DNA of 64,000 nucleotides from an uncultured Holophaga sp. (GTDB taxonomy: Bacteria; Acidobacteriota; Holophagae; Holophagales; Holophagaceae): assembly GCA_963664825.1 (NCBI GenBank), contig OY761614.1:2592001-2656000 (forward strand), in the 5' to 3' direction. The notes below the pieces were generated by a model. The model was not told where the DNA came from, did not search any database, and worked only from the letters and a program-made list of their open reading frames with translations. The position numbers were made by a program, and so were the translations under genes. Shown piece by piece: positions 12,546-21,377 of the stretch; positions within the stretch are counted from its first letter, which is position 1; every line of letters starts with the position of its first letter.

Positions 12546-14039
12546 TCAGTTACCACCTTCGAGCCCCGCGCTCAGATGATCCCGCAGGCGATCCAGCCGT
12601 AGGACGGCCTTCGGAACGGCGTGGCCGAGCAGTCCTCCCCCGAGGCCCGCGGCCCCGAGCATCAGGCCCAGCAGGATCTTTTCCCCCAGGAAGGAGCCCG
12701 CAATCCAGGTCAGGACCAGCAGCATCCAGGGCAGGAGCAGACGTCCGAGTTTGGTCAGGTGTTCGTCTCCAAAATCCCCGGGGTTCAATCCCTTGGGGTC
12801 CAGGGGGCGGGGGTATTCGAGGCTGTGGCGGAGCCCGGCGCGAAGCTGGAAACAGGCTAGGGCCACGCAGAAGAGGCAGACGGCCGGGAGCAGGCGCAGG
12901 GGCATGGGCGTGGTGAGGGGCAGGAGGGCGAGGCAGATCAGGATGACCACGGCCTGGTAGGCGGCGGTGCCCGCCACCTTGCCCACTAGCAGATCCCGAT
13001 CCTCCAGGGGCCAGGTCCAGAAGCTCCGGACAGCCTTGCGATCCAGTCCGAAGAGGGTGCAGGCCAGCGCCCCCAGGGGCAGCATCACCCAGCCCACGCA
13101 TCCGATGAGGAAGGCCGGGGCGGGCCTCTGGCGGAAAAGCATGGCGTCCACCTGACAAAAGGGCACCAGGAGCGGTACGAAGAGGAAGAAACGCCCCTGT
13201 TTGCTGGCCCAAAGGCTCTCCCAGCGATGGCGGGCCACGCCGACCCAGGGTCTCTGGAATCGCCAGATCCCGCCCGCCTGAGCGTGGCTCGTGGACCCGT
13301 TGCCCTTCAGCTCCTGGCGCAGGACGAGGAAGGTCAGGGCCAGCAGGGCCGTTGTTCCGAGGCCGGTGCCGACGATAACCCACGGCCAGCTCGGTGTGTG
13401 GGATGATTTGGGAGTCCATTCCGCAAGGCGCTCCAGGTTCAGGCCCAGCGCGCCACTCATCAAGGGCCTTCCCAGGAAGTCTTGGGCTACGGCGTTGATC
13501 ATGAGACGCATCGGGGGCACCAGCGCCACGAAGACCAGGGCCAAACGGAGATGCTGGGTCGCTAAGCGCGTGAGGCGGCCTAGGAGGCGCTCCAGGCACA
13601 CCAGCGATACCAGCAGGCCGACCGCCAGAGGCAGGAGTCCGAGCAGCAGTGGGCGGGCGGCCCCGGCTCCCAGGCTGAAGGCGAGCAGAAGCAGGCCCTG
13701 GGCCAGCTTGAAGGGCGTCATCAGGGAGAGGGCGAGCTCGGCTTCGAAAAGGGAAAGGGGCCGCGCCTGGAAGGGGCGCAAGGGCCGCGTATCCAGGGCG
13801 GGTGTGCCATCCCAGATGGCGGCCAGCAGGGCCAGGACGCAGAGGCCCGCCGCGACGCTTGAACCGACGTTCATTGCGTTCAGGCGCGGCAGCTCATGGG
13901 CAAAGTCCCAGCCCAGGAGGGCCGAGAGCACGGTCGTGGGCAACAAGGCGATGGCCAGCACGATGCGGAGGGCCTTCTTGCCGCCCCGAAATCGTTCCCA
14001 TTCAGCCCAGAGCACGGCTCGCAGCAGATTCACATCCAT
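12546..14039 (-). CDS. Multi-pass membrane protein, probable ABC permease
   Basis: Many hydrophobic helices; overlaps the ABC ATPase gene. Confidence 0.75.
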   Translation of the reverse strand: MDVNLLRAVLWAEWERFRGGKKALRIVLAIALLPTTVLSALLGWDFAHELPRLNAMNVGSSVAAGLCVLALLAAIWDGTPALDTRPLRPFQARPLSLFEAELALSLMTPFKLAQGLLLLAFSLGAGAARPLLLGLLPLAVGLLVSLVCLERLLGRLTRLATQHLRLALVFVALVPPMRLMINAVAQDFLGRPLMSGALGLNLERLAEWTPKSSHTPSWPWVIVGTGLGTTALLALTFLVLRQELKGNGSTSHAQAGGIWRFQRPWVGVARHRWESLWASKQGRFFLFVPLLVPFCQVDAMLFRQRPAPAFLIGCVGWVMLPLGALACTLFGLDRKAVRSFWTWPLEDRDLLVGKVAGTAAYQAVVILICLALLPLTTPMPLRLLPAVCLFCVALACFQLRAGLRHSLEYPRPLDPKGLNPGDFGDEHLTKLGRLLLPWMLLVLTWIAGSFLGEKILLGLMLGAAGLGGGLLGHAVPKAVLRLDRLRDHLSAGLEGGN

Positions 14040-14764
14040 GAGAGTCTCCCCGATTCCTTGCGTCCCACGAGGCGCAGGAAGAGACCTTCCAGGGTCTCGT
14101 CTCCCTTGAGCAGATCAGAGGCGGGACCCTGGGCCAGGATGCGGCCCTCGTCCACCACCAGGAAGTGATCGCATAGGCGCTCCGCCAGGCCCAGCTGATG
14201 GCTGGTGAGGAGGATTGTTGTACCCCGAGCGTGGAGATCTGTCAGCAGGCCCTGGAGGGCGACGGACGTCACGGGGTCCAGGCCCTCGAAGGGCTCGTCC
14301 AGAAACAGAATCTCTGGGCCGTGCAAGAGCGACGCGGCCAGGGCCGTCTTCTTCTTCATGCCGAAGCTGTATTCGGCGATGGGGGCCGTATTGAAATCCA
14401 TGTCCAGCAGGGCGCCCAGCTCCCGGATGCGGGATTCCAGTTCATCCAAGCCAAGGCCATGGAGCCGCCCCACGAAGCCCAGATACTGCTGGCCCGTGAG
14501 CCCCTCCAGCAGGGCGCCCGCCTCGGGCATGACGCCGATGCGTTGCCGCAGTTCCAGGGAACGTCGGTCCACCTCCAGGCCCGCGACCCTGGCCGAGCCC
14601 GCATCCGGGGAGAGCTGTCCCGTGAGCAGGCGCACCAGGGTCGTCTTGCCCGCCCCGTTGCGCCCCAGCGCGCCCAGGAAGCTGCCCCGGGCCACCTGGA
14701 AGCCCAGGCATTGCAGGGCCCAGTGCTCGCCGAATCGTTTGCCGAGATCCTCGACCTGGATCAT
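14030..14764 (-). CDS. ABC transporter ATP-binding protein
   Basis: GRNGAGKT, YSFGMKKK, LFLDEPF, H-loop. Confidence 0.95.
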   Translation of the reverse strand: MIQVEDLGKRFGEHWALQCLGFQVARGSFLGALGRNGAGKTTLVRLLTGQLSPDAGSARVAGLEVDRRSLELRQRIGVMPEAGALLEGLTGQQYLGFVGRLHGLGLDELESRIRELGALLDMDFNTAPIAEYSFGMKKKTALAASLLHGPEILFLDEPFEGLDPVTSVALQGLLTDLHARGTTILLTSHQLGLAERLCDHFLVVDEGRILAQGPASDLLKGDETLEGLFLRLVGRKESGRLSWM

Positions 14765-15450
14765 GCCAGCCTCCGAAGGGTCAGAAAGACGAGGCCCCCC
14801 AGGATGCCTCCCGCGTTGCCTGCGAGATGGACAGCGATGGCCGGAAGCAGGCTCCCCCTGCGCTCCCGGATGATTCCCGCCAGCAGGCCCAGGGAGGTGG
14901 TGAAGGCCAGGATGAGGACAGCCGTCCACGCATCGATTCTGAGCACCGTCGGAAGATGCATGGCGCCGAAGGCCAGGGCCCCTGTGAGGGCGGGCACGCT
15001 CACATTTGTGAAGCCGAGCTTCACGCTCCGGGCGCTCGAGGGTTGCAGGAAGCCCTGAAGCCATCCCCGCACGAGGAGTTCCTCGCAGGTGCTGGCGATG
15101 ATGAGGAGCAACGGGATCTGGAAGGGCTTCAGCCCCTTCATCACGCCCTCCATGCCCCTGCCCGGACTCAGCTTGATGGCCAGCGTGGTGGCGGCCCCCA
15201 GCAGCAGGCCGTAGAGCACGAGCTTCCCCCAGGCGCCTTGGGCCTTCTGGAACCCGAAGTCCTTCCAGCGGCCTTCCCCGAAGAGCGCCATGGCTCCCGT
15301 GGAGAGCAGCGCCACGAGGCCATAGGCCAGCATGCTCTTCGTGAAGGAGGGCAGTGCGGCCAGAGGGGCCCAGTACTTCGGCAAGAACAGGGCCCCGAAG
15401 ATGGGGAGGCTGATCAGGAGGCCCAGGGGGATAGTTCGCGGGATCTTCAT
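14761..15450 (-). CDS. CPBP (CAAX/Abi) intramembrane metalloprotease
   Basis: EELLVRG, FGAMH, HLAGN motifs. Confidence 0.9.
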   Translation of the reverse strand: MKIPRTIPLGLLISLPIFGALFLPKYWAPLAALPSFTKSMLAYGLVALLSTGAMALFGEGRWKDFGFQKAQGAWGKLVLYGLLLGAATTLAIKLSPGRGMEGVMKGLKPFQIPLLLIIASTCEELLVRGWLQGFLQPSSARSVKLGFTNVSVPALTGALAFGAMHLPTVLRIDAWTAVLILAFTTSLGLLAGIIRERRGSLLPAIAVHLAGNAGGILGGLVFLTLRRLA

Positions 15451-15518
15451 GGCTTTCCTTTTGGGGTAAGGCTTCGCCAGACCCGGCCGGGCCTCCGCAA
15501 AGACAGATTGTTTCGGGT

Positions 15519-15824
15519 CTATCCGTTCGTATTGGCCGCCATCAATTGCTCCCAGTACTTCGCCAGGGCTTCGCGACCCTGCTTGGTGATGCGAAAGCTC
15601 GTCAGGGGCACCTTGCCGCGGAAGGCCTTCTGCACATCCAGATATCCCGCCGTCTCCAGCTTGGTGGCGTGGCTATTGAGATTGCCCTTGCTGAGGTGCG
15701 TCACCTGTTCCATGAACTTGAATTCCACCGATCCGGCGGAGGCCAGCACCGTGAGGATGGCCAGGCGCGCGGGCTCATGGACCAAGCGGTCCAGCTCCAG
15801 CAGCGTGCGGATGGGATCCTTCAC
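15519..15824 (-). CDS. Winged-helix (ArsR/MarR-like) transcriptional regulator
   Basis: LDRLVHEPARLAIL...LSKGNLNSHATKLETAGY; GTG start overlaps the upstream stop. Confidence 0.9.
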   Translation of the reverse strand: MKDPIRTLLELDRLVHEPARLAILTVLASAGSVEFKFMEQVTHLSKGNLNSHATKLETAGYLDVQKAFRGKVPLTSFRITKQGREALAKYWEQLMAANTNG

Positions 15825-16540
15825 GCCATCCCTTCCAGTTCTCGCTTCACGCGGCGGAAGGCGAGATGGTCCCTGAATCCAAGGTACATGGCCGCTGTGC
15901 CGACCAGGGGAAAGGACGCCAGGGTATCGCCGACTGCCATCTGGATGCCGGAGAGCAGGAAGGCGGATCCAAAGAAAAGCAGGATGGCCACGAAGCGTTC
16001 CATCCGCCCCCTCAGGCGCGGGAAGGTGAAGTGCATCCCCAGGGCCAGCAGGATCACGAGGCCAGCCCTGACGAAGCGAGCCGACAGGGGTTCCGCCAGG
16101 ATGAGCACCACCCCCAACAGCATCATTCCCGGGAGGATGAAGCGGCCCAGCGCTCTCCGAAGGCTTTCCTTGCGAGATGCGGCGGAACTTGGATTCTCCA
16201 GTTCCTCCACCAGGCCGAAGCGTTCCGTGGCCCAGCGGCGCAGCCCTCGGCGTGCTCCCAGCCACAGGAAGGGCAGCAGGGTCGTGCCCAGGACCACGGG
16301 GAGGGGCAGGGGGGCGAGGGCTCCGATCCAGGTGAAGTGCCAACCATGGCCGCCCATCTCCACCAGGGCGACCAGCAGCAGGAAGGCGCCCCCCAGCAGG
16401 CTGGAGAGGCCCGCCTGGCCTTGGGAGAGCCGGGCGTATTCCCTGGTGAGCCGGGCCAATCGGGCCACGGAATCAGGGGACAGTGCCGGAAGGGATTCGG
16501 GCACTGGGAGTTCAGGGATACATTGCGTGGTCTCGGACAT
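15821..16540 (-). CDS. Hypothetical membrane protein
   Basis: About six hydrophobic segments; first gene of the wHTH/CPBP/ABC operon. Confidence 0.75.
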   Translation of the reverse strand: MSETTQCIPELPVPESLPALSPDSVARLARLTREYARLSQGQAGLSSLLGGAFLLLVALVEMGGHGWHFTWIGALAPLPLPVVLGTTLLPFLWLGARRGLRRWATERFGLVEELENPSSAASRKESLRRALGRFILPGMMLLGVVLILAEPLSARFVRAGLVILLALGMHFTFPRLRGRMERFVAILLFFGSAFLLSGIQMAVGDTLASFPLVGTAAMYLGFRDHLAFRRVKRELEGMA

Positions 16541-16547
16541 GAGGCAA

Positions 16548-16562
16548 GTCTGTATTGCAGAC
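16548..16562. promoter_or_regulatory. Putative operator of the wHTH regulator
   Basis: Near-palindrome GTCTGTATTGCAGAC 7 nt upstream of the operon start codon. Confidence 0.45.
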
Positions 16563-16671
16563 CGGTCTCTGGCAAGTCCGAAAATAATTTTTAGAAACAA
16601 GAATGAACGCCGTTGCACGCAGATGAAAAATCGCCCTGCCTGCGGTCGCTTCGCTTGGATGCAAGGGGAGA

Positions 16672-17361
16672 TCAGATCTGCGCTGTCAGCCAATCCGGTA
16701 GCAGGCCCAGGTGCTCGAGGGTGGCGAAGCGGCTGGCATCCACATCCTCCACATGCTCATGGGCCCAGGTGGTGGCATAGGGCACATGCACGGCACGAGC
16801 GCCCAACGTAATGACGGGCAGAATATCGGATTTCACGGAGTTGCCCACCATGAGGAATTCCCTCGGGGGGATATCGTGGCGGGTGAGGATGGCGTGGTAG
16901 GCGGCCTGGTCCTTCTCGCTCACGATTTCCACCGCCGAAAAGAAGGCATCCAGGCCCGAGCGGGTCAGCTTGGCCTCCTGGTCCAGGAGATCGCCCTTGG
17001 TGATGAGCATCAGGCTGTAGCGCTTCTGGAGTCGGGTTAGGGCTTCCTGGACCCGGGGTAGCAGTTCCACGGGATGATTCAGCATTTCCCTGCCGAGATC
17101 GACGATGGCCTGGATCTCCCGACCCGTGATCCGGCCCTCGGTGAGTTCGATGGCCGTCTCGATCATGGAGAGCACGAAGCTCTTGATGCCGTATCCGAAG
17201 TGGCCCAGGTTGCGCATCTCGGTGGCGAAGAGGCGTTCCTGGACCCAGGCCTCGTCGTGGTGGGCCACGAGCATATGGCGGAAGGCGGCTTCGGCGTCTC
17301 GATAATAGGTCTCGTTGTGCCAGAGCGTATCGTCGGCATCGAAGGCGATGACGCGGATCAT
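16672..17361 (-). CDS. HAD-superfamily hydrolase
   Basis: FDADDTLW, ITKGD, MVGNSVKSDI. Confidence 0.93.
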   Translation of the reverse strand: MIRVIAFDADDTLWHNETYYRDAEAAFRHMLVAHHDEAWVQERLFATEMRNLGHFGYGIKSFVLSMIETAIELTEGRITGREIQAIVDLGREMLNHPVELLPRVQEALTRLQKRYSLMLITKGDLLDQEAKLTRSGLDAFFSAVEIVSEKDQAAYHAILTRHDIPPREFLMVGNSVKSDILPVITLGARAVHVPYATTWAHEHVEDVDASRFATLEHLGLLPDWLTAQI

Positions 17362-17441
17362 CCAGAATCTCCTCAGGATCCAGGATACACGCCACCTGCC
17401 GGTGGGCCAGCCGTGCGAGGATGGAGGGTGGAGGCAGGTTC

Positions 17442-18437
17442 GTGAAGCTCGCCATCAATGGCCTTGGCCGCATCGGTCGCTTGGCGCTGCGCCATCTGGT
17501 GAAGGTGCCCGGGCTCCAGATCGTGGCCGTGAATGATCTTTCGGAGGCCCGGGTCCTGGCCCACCTCATCAAGCATGATTCCGTGCATGGGCGGGCCGAT
17601 TTCGAGATCGGGACGGATGGCGAGGCCTTGATCCTTGGGGGCGCCCGCATTCCGGTCTTTCGCCAAGCCGATCCCGCCCTTCTGCCCTTCGGCCGCCTGG
17701 GGGCCAGGCTGGTGCTGGAATGCACGGGCCGCTTCACGGATCGGGCGGGGGCCTCGGCTCATCTGCGGGAGGGCGTGGAACGCGTGCTCGTCAGCGCGCC
17801 CATGGAAGATGCCGATCGCACGCTGGTGCTGGGCGTGAACGGCCAGGCCTTCGATGGGGAGAGGGACCGCATCGTCTCCGCGGCCAGCTGCACCACCCAT
17901 GGCCTGGCCATCATGGCGAAGGTGCTCGACGAGACCTTCGGTCTGGAATACGGCCTGCTGACCGCCGTGCATAGCTACACCAGCGACCAACACATCCTGG
18001 ACCTGCCCCACGAGGATCTGCGCCGGGCCCGGGCAGCCAGCATGAGCATGATCCCCACCACCACCGGCGCCCAGAAGACCATCGGCCTGGTGCTGCCCCA
18101 TCTGCTGGGCAGGCTCGATGGCATCGCCGTGCGGGTGCCCACCCCGGACGTGAGCCTCACGGACCTCACGGCCCTGCTCCGGCGGTCTGTCACGCGCGAC
18201 GAGGTGAACGAGGCCTTCCAGCGCGCCGCTGGGGGGGCCCTGAAGGGTTATCTGGAGGTGCTGGAAGACGAGCTGGTCAGCACGGATCTGGTGGGCAGCG
18301 AGGCCAGCTGCCTCTTCGATCCCTTCCTCACCAAGGTGATGGACGGCACCATGGTCAAGATCCACGGGTGGTACGACAACGAATGGGGCTACGCGGCCCG
18401 GATGAAGGACCTGGCGCTGCTGTTGTTGAGGGCCTGA
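17442..18437 (+). CDS. GAPDH-family paralogue 2
   Basis: [40 protein letters not shown]. Confidence 0.93.
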   Translation: MKLAINGLGRIGRLALRHLVKVPGLQIVAVNDLSEARVLAHLIKHDSVHGRADFEIGTDGEALILGGARIPVFRQADPALLPFGRLGARLVLECTGRFTDRAGASAHLREGVERVLVSAPMEDADRTLVLGVNGQAFDGERDRIVSAASCTTHGLAIMAKVLDETFGLEYGLLTAVHSYTSDQHILDLPHEDLRRARAASMSMIPTTTGAQKTIGLVLPHLLGRLDGIAVRVPTPDVSLTDLTALLRRSVTRDEVNEAFQRAAGGALKGYLEVLEDELVSTDLVGSEASCLFDPFLTKVMDGTMVKIHGWYDNEWGYAARMKDLALLLLRA

Positions 18438-18535
18438 ACCCGGGCCCACTGCTCATGCGCCTCGCCCCGATGGGCATCCAGCTTCCGTCATGTTTGAATG
18501 AAGGCACCCGCTTGGCGGGTCCTGGGAGCGAACCC

Positions 18536-18973
18536 ATGCTGCGAAACCTTCTCTCCGTCCTCTGCCTGGCGGTGCCGCTGGTGGCCGCCGAACCCGTGTG
18601 GCATACGGATCTGGCCGAGGCCAAGGCCCTGGCGGCCCGGGAGCACAAGGCCCTCCTGCTGGATTTCACCGGCTCTCAATGGTGTCCCTACTGCGTGCTC
18701 CTCCATCGGGAGGTGTTCACCACGCCTGAATTCGCCCGCTTCGCCGAAGGGTGCGTGCTGGTCAAGCTGGACTACCCTCCCATGTCCGGGCGCAGCCCCG
18801 AGAAGATCAAGGCCGATCCCGCGCTGGGGCGGCTCATGGAACTCAAGGCCGCCTATCGGATCACCAGTTTTCCCACCGTGGTCCTGCTGGGGCCCGACGG
18901 CACCGAGAAGACCCGGATGCAGGGCTACGCCAAGGGGACGGGACCCTCGGCCTACCTGGGCCACCTGAAGTAG
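18536..18973 (+). CDS. Secreted thioredoxin-fold protein
   Basis: Signal peptide; DFTGSQWCPYC; FPTV. Confidence 0.88.
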   Translation: MLRNLLSVLCLAVPLVAAEPVWHTDLAEAKALAAREHKALLLDFTGSQWCPYCVLLHREVFTTPEFARFAEGCVLVKLDYPPMSGRSPEKIKADPALGRLMELKAAYRITSFPTVVLLGPDGTEKTRMQGYAKGTGPSAYLGHLK

Positions 18974-18976
18974 GTC

Positions 18977-20089
18977 CTACCGGGTCCTGTTTACGGAACA
19001 GCGGAGCGGCCCCTTGCGGATGGAGGCGAAGCAGGCCAGGCACTGTCGACAGCGCCGGATCTCATCGTCGCGGCCCTCCAGCAGCTTGGTGGGGGTATCG
19101 GGGTCGGCGATGAGCTGGCGGGCCAGGGCCACGAGATCGGCCTGGCCGGCGTCCAGCACGCCCTGGGCCAGTCCAGGCTCCGCAAGCTTCCCCACGGCGA
19201 TGACCGGGATCTTGAGGGCCGCCTTGATCCGTCCGGTGGCAGGCGCCAGGGTGCCTCCGGGCACTTCCTTGGGCAGGACGGAGCTGGTGTTCAGGTAGGT
19301 GTGTCCCTCCCATTGGCTAAAGGAGGCTTGTCCTATTCCCGAAGCGTTCAGGAGATCGACGCCAGCGGCCTCCAGGCCCTGGGCGCAGAAGATGGCGTCC
19401 TCCGTCGAGAGGCCTCCCTCGAAGCGCTCCAGGGCGTGCATGCGGCAGGAGAGGATGAAGTCGGGCCCTACTTCAAAGCGCACGGCCTTCACCACTTCCA
19501 GGAGGAGCCGCAGGCGGTTCTCCCGGCTGCCTCCCCAGGGATCCGTGCGGTGATTGGTGAAGGGGGAGAGAAATTCGGAAAGGAGGTAGTAGTGGGCGGC
19601 GTGGACTTCCACGCCATCGAAGCCCGCGGCCTTGGCGCGTCGGGCGGCCTGGGCAAAGGCCCGTACCACGCCCTCCAGTTCCCCTTCGCTCATCGCCCAG
19701 GGAGGGGGGCCGGGCAGGAGGGGAACCTCGGAAGGCGCGAGACGCGGTGCAGAGGGATCCTCTCGCCAGGCTCTCGCCCCGCCATGGACGAGCTGGAGCA
19801 GGGCCGGCACCCCTTCGGCGTGGATGGCCTCCGCCAGCTTGGCCAGACCCGGGATCTGCCCGTCCTCCCAGATCCCCATGGTGTGGGGCATCAGCCGGGC
19901 CTCGGGCGCGATGGCGCAGGCCTCCACGATCACCAGACCCACGCCGCCCCGCGCGCGCCGGGCGTACCATTCCAGCAAACCCAGGCTGGGCGCGTCGTCC
20001 ACGGCCAGTCCCGTCACCATGGGGGCCATCACCAGGCGATTCTTCAAGGCGAGGTGCTTGATCTGGAGGGGGTCGGAAAGGCGGGGCAT
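18977..20089 (-). CDS. NADH:flavin oxidoreductase (Old Yellow Enzyme family)
   Basis: LKNRLVMAPM, AGFDGVEVHAAHYYL, C-terminal CRQCLAC...C. Confidence 0.93.
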   Translation of the reverse strand: MPRLSDPLQIKHLALKNRLVMAPMVTGLAVDDAPSLGLLEWYARRARGGVGLVIVEACAIAPEARLMPHTMGIWEDGQIPGLAKLAEAIHAEGVPALLQLVHGGARAWREDPSAPRLAPSEVPLLPGPPPWAMSEGELEGVVRAFAQAARRAKAAGFDGVEVHAAHYYLLSEFLSPFTNHRTDPWGGSRENRLRLLLEVVKAVRFEVGPDFILSCRMHALERFEGGLSTEDAIFCAQGLEAAGVDLLNASGIGQASFSQWEGHTYLNTSSVLPKEVPGGTLAPATGRIKAALKIPVIAVGKLAEPGLAQGVLDAGQADLVALARQLIADPDTPTKLLEGRDDEIRRCRQCLACFASIRKGPLRCSVNRTR

Positions 20090-20171
20090 GGGGATCTCCT
20101 GTCTTTGAAGGTAGCGCAGGCGTGTGTCCCTGGGAGCGCTGGCGCGATAGGGTAGAAGGGGAGGTTCCTGG

Positions 20172-21179
20172 ATGGTCGGTATCAATGGTCTGGGGCGCAT
20201 CGGGCGGCTGGCGGCGCGCAGGCTGGTGTTCCAATCGCCGGGGCTGCTCCGGGCCATCAATGATCCCGCGGATCTGGCCACGCTGGTGCATCTCTCCCGC
20301 TACGATTCGGTGCATAGCCTCAGGCATCTGGAGGTGGTGGGGGAAAGGCTGGATGGCCAGGATTTCATGGTGATCGAAGGCCAGCGCATCCCGCTCTTCC
20401 ACGCCAAGGACCCTGCGGAGATCCCCTGGGGAAGGGCCGGCGTGCGCCTCGTGGTGGAATCCTCGGGCCGCTTCACCAAGCGCAGCGAGGCCGCCCGGCA
20501 TCTGGGGGAAGGCGTGGCCCAGGTGGTCATCAGCGCCCCCAGCCCAGACCCCGATTTCACGGTGATCTTCCCCATCAATGGGGCGGAGCTGGATCCGGCG
20601 CGGCACCGGGTCATCTCCAACGCCAGCTGCACGGCCCACGCCACGGCGCCCATGCTCTTCGTCTTGGAACGGGCCTTCGGCATCCAGGCCAGCACCATGA
20701 GCACGGTGCATGTGGCCACCAACGACCAGCGGCTGGTGGACGCGCCCCACAGTGACTTGCGCCGGGCCAGGGCCGCCATGATCGGCATCCATCCCACCAC
20801 CTCCAGTGCCTTCGGCGCCCTCAAAAAAGCCCTTCCCTGGATGCGTTCCGATTTCGACGGCTGGGCCCTGCGGGTGCCGGCTCTCAGCGTGAACCTCGTC
20901 GATCTCACGGCCACGGTGAAGCAGCCCGTGACCGCAGAGGCCATCAATGGCGCCTTCCGGGAGGCCGCCGAGGGCGACCTGAAGGGCATCCTCGGCATCG
21001 CCGAAGCCCCCCTGGTGAGCTGTGATTTCACCGGGCGGGAAGAGAGCGTGGTCATGGATCTGGAACTGACCAAGGTGTTGGGGGGGCGCTTCCTCAAGGT
21101 CTTCGGGTGGCACGACAACGAGATCGCCTACGCGGCCCGGCTGGTGGAGCTGGTGCGGCATCTGGCGCTGCGGGCCTGA
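20172..21179 (+). CDS. GAPDH/Epd-family paralogue 3 (divergent)
   Basis: GINGLGRIGR, NASCTAHA, HVATNDQ, HPTTSSA, WHDNE. Confidence 0.9.
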   Translation: MVGINGLGRIGRLAARRLVFQSPGLLRAINDPADLATLVHLSRYDSVHSLRHLEVVGERLDGQDFMVIEGQRIPLFHAKDPAEIPWGRAGVRLVVESSGRFTKRSEAARHLGEGVAQVVISAPSPDPDFTVIFPINGAELDPARHRVISNASCTAHATAPMLFVLERAFGIQASTMSTVHVATNDQRLVDAPHSDLRRARAAMIGIHPTTSSAFGALKKALPWMRSDFDGWALRVPALSVNLVDLTATVKQPVTAEAINGAFREAAEGDLKGILGIAEAPLVSCDFTGREESVVMDLELTKVLGGRFLKVFGWHDNEIAYAARLVELVRHLALRA

Positions 21180-21188
21180 TATCAGGGT

Positions 21189-21306
21189 GCGTTCGAAGAT
21201 AGCGATCTGCGAAGCAGAGCGCGTCAAGCGCAGCAGCGCAGACCGGCCTGCCCCCGAAGGGGGTGCGACGAGGGCCGAGGTTGCGATGCGGAGCGACTTC
21301 GAACGC
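21189..21306. repeat. Small structured intergenic element (MITE/REP-like)
   Basis: Perfect 10-bp terminal inverted repeat GCGTTCGAAG (21189-98) / CTTCGAACGC (21297-306); internal hairpins CTGC-GAA-GCAG and CCCCC-GAA-GGGGG. Confidence 0.55.
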
Positions 21307-21377
21307 CCGACTACATTCTAAATTATTGAATGCGAATCGGTATGAACCGTCGCCGGGCCAGCCTGATCGTTAGGACC

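Noticed and set aside
17442..21179. Extra GAPDHs as the arsenate-resistance gapdh-arsJ module
   Set aside because: No arsJ-like MFS gene or other ars genes nearby
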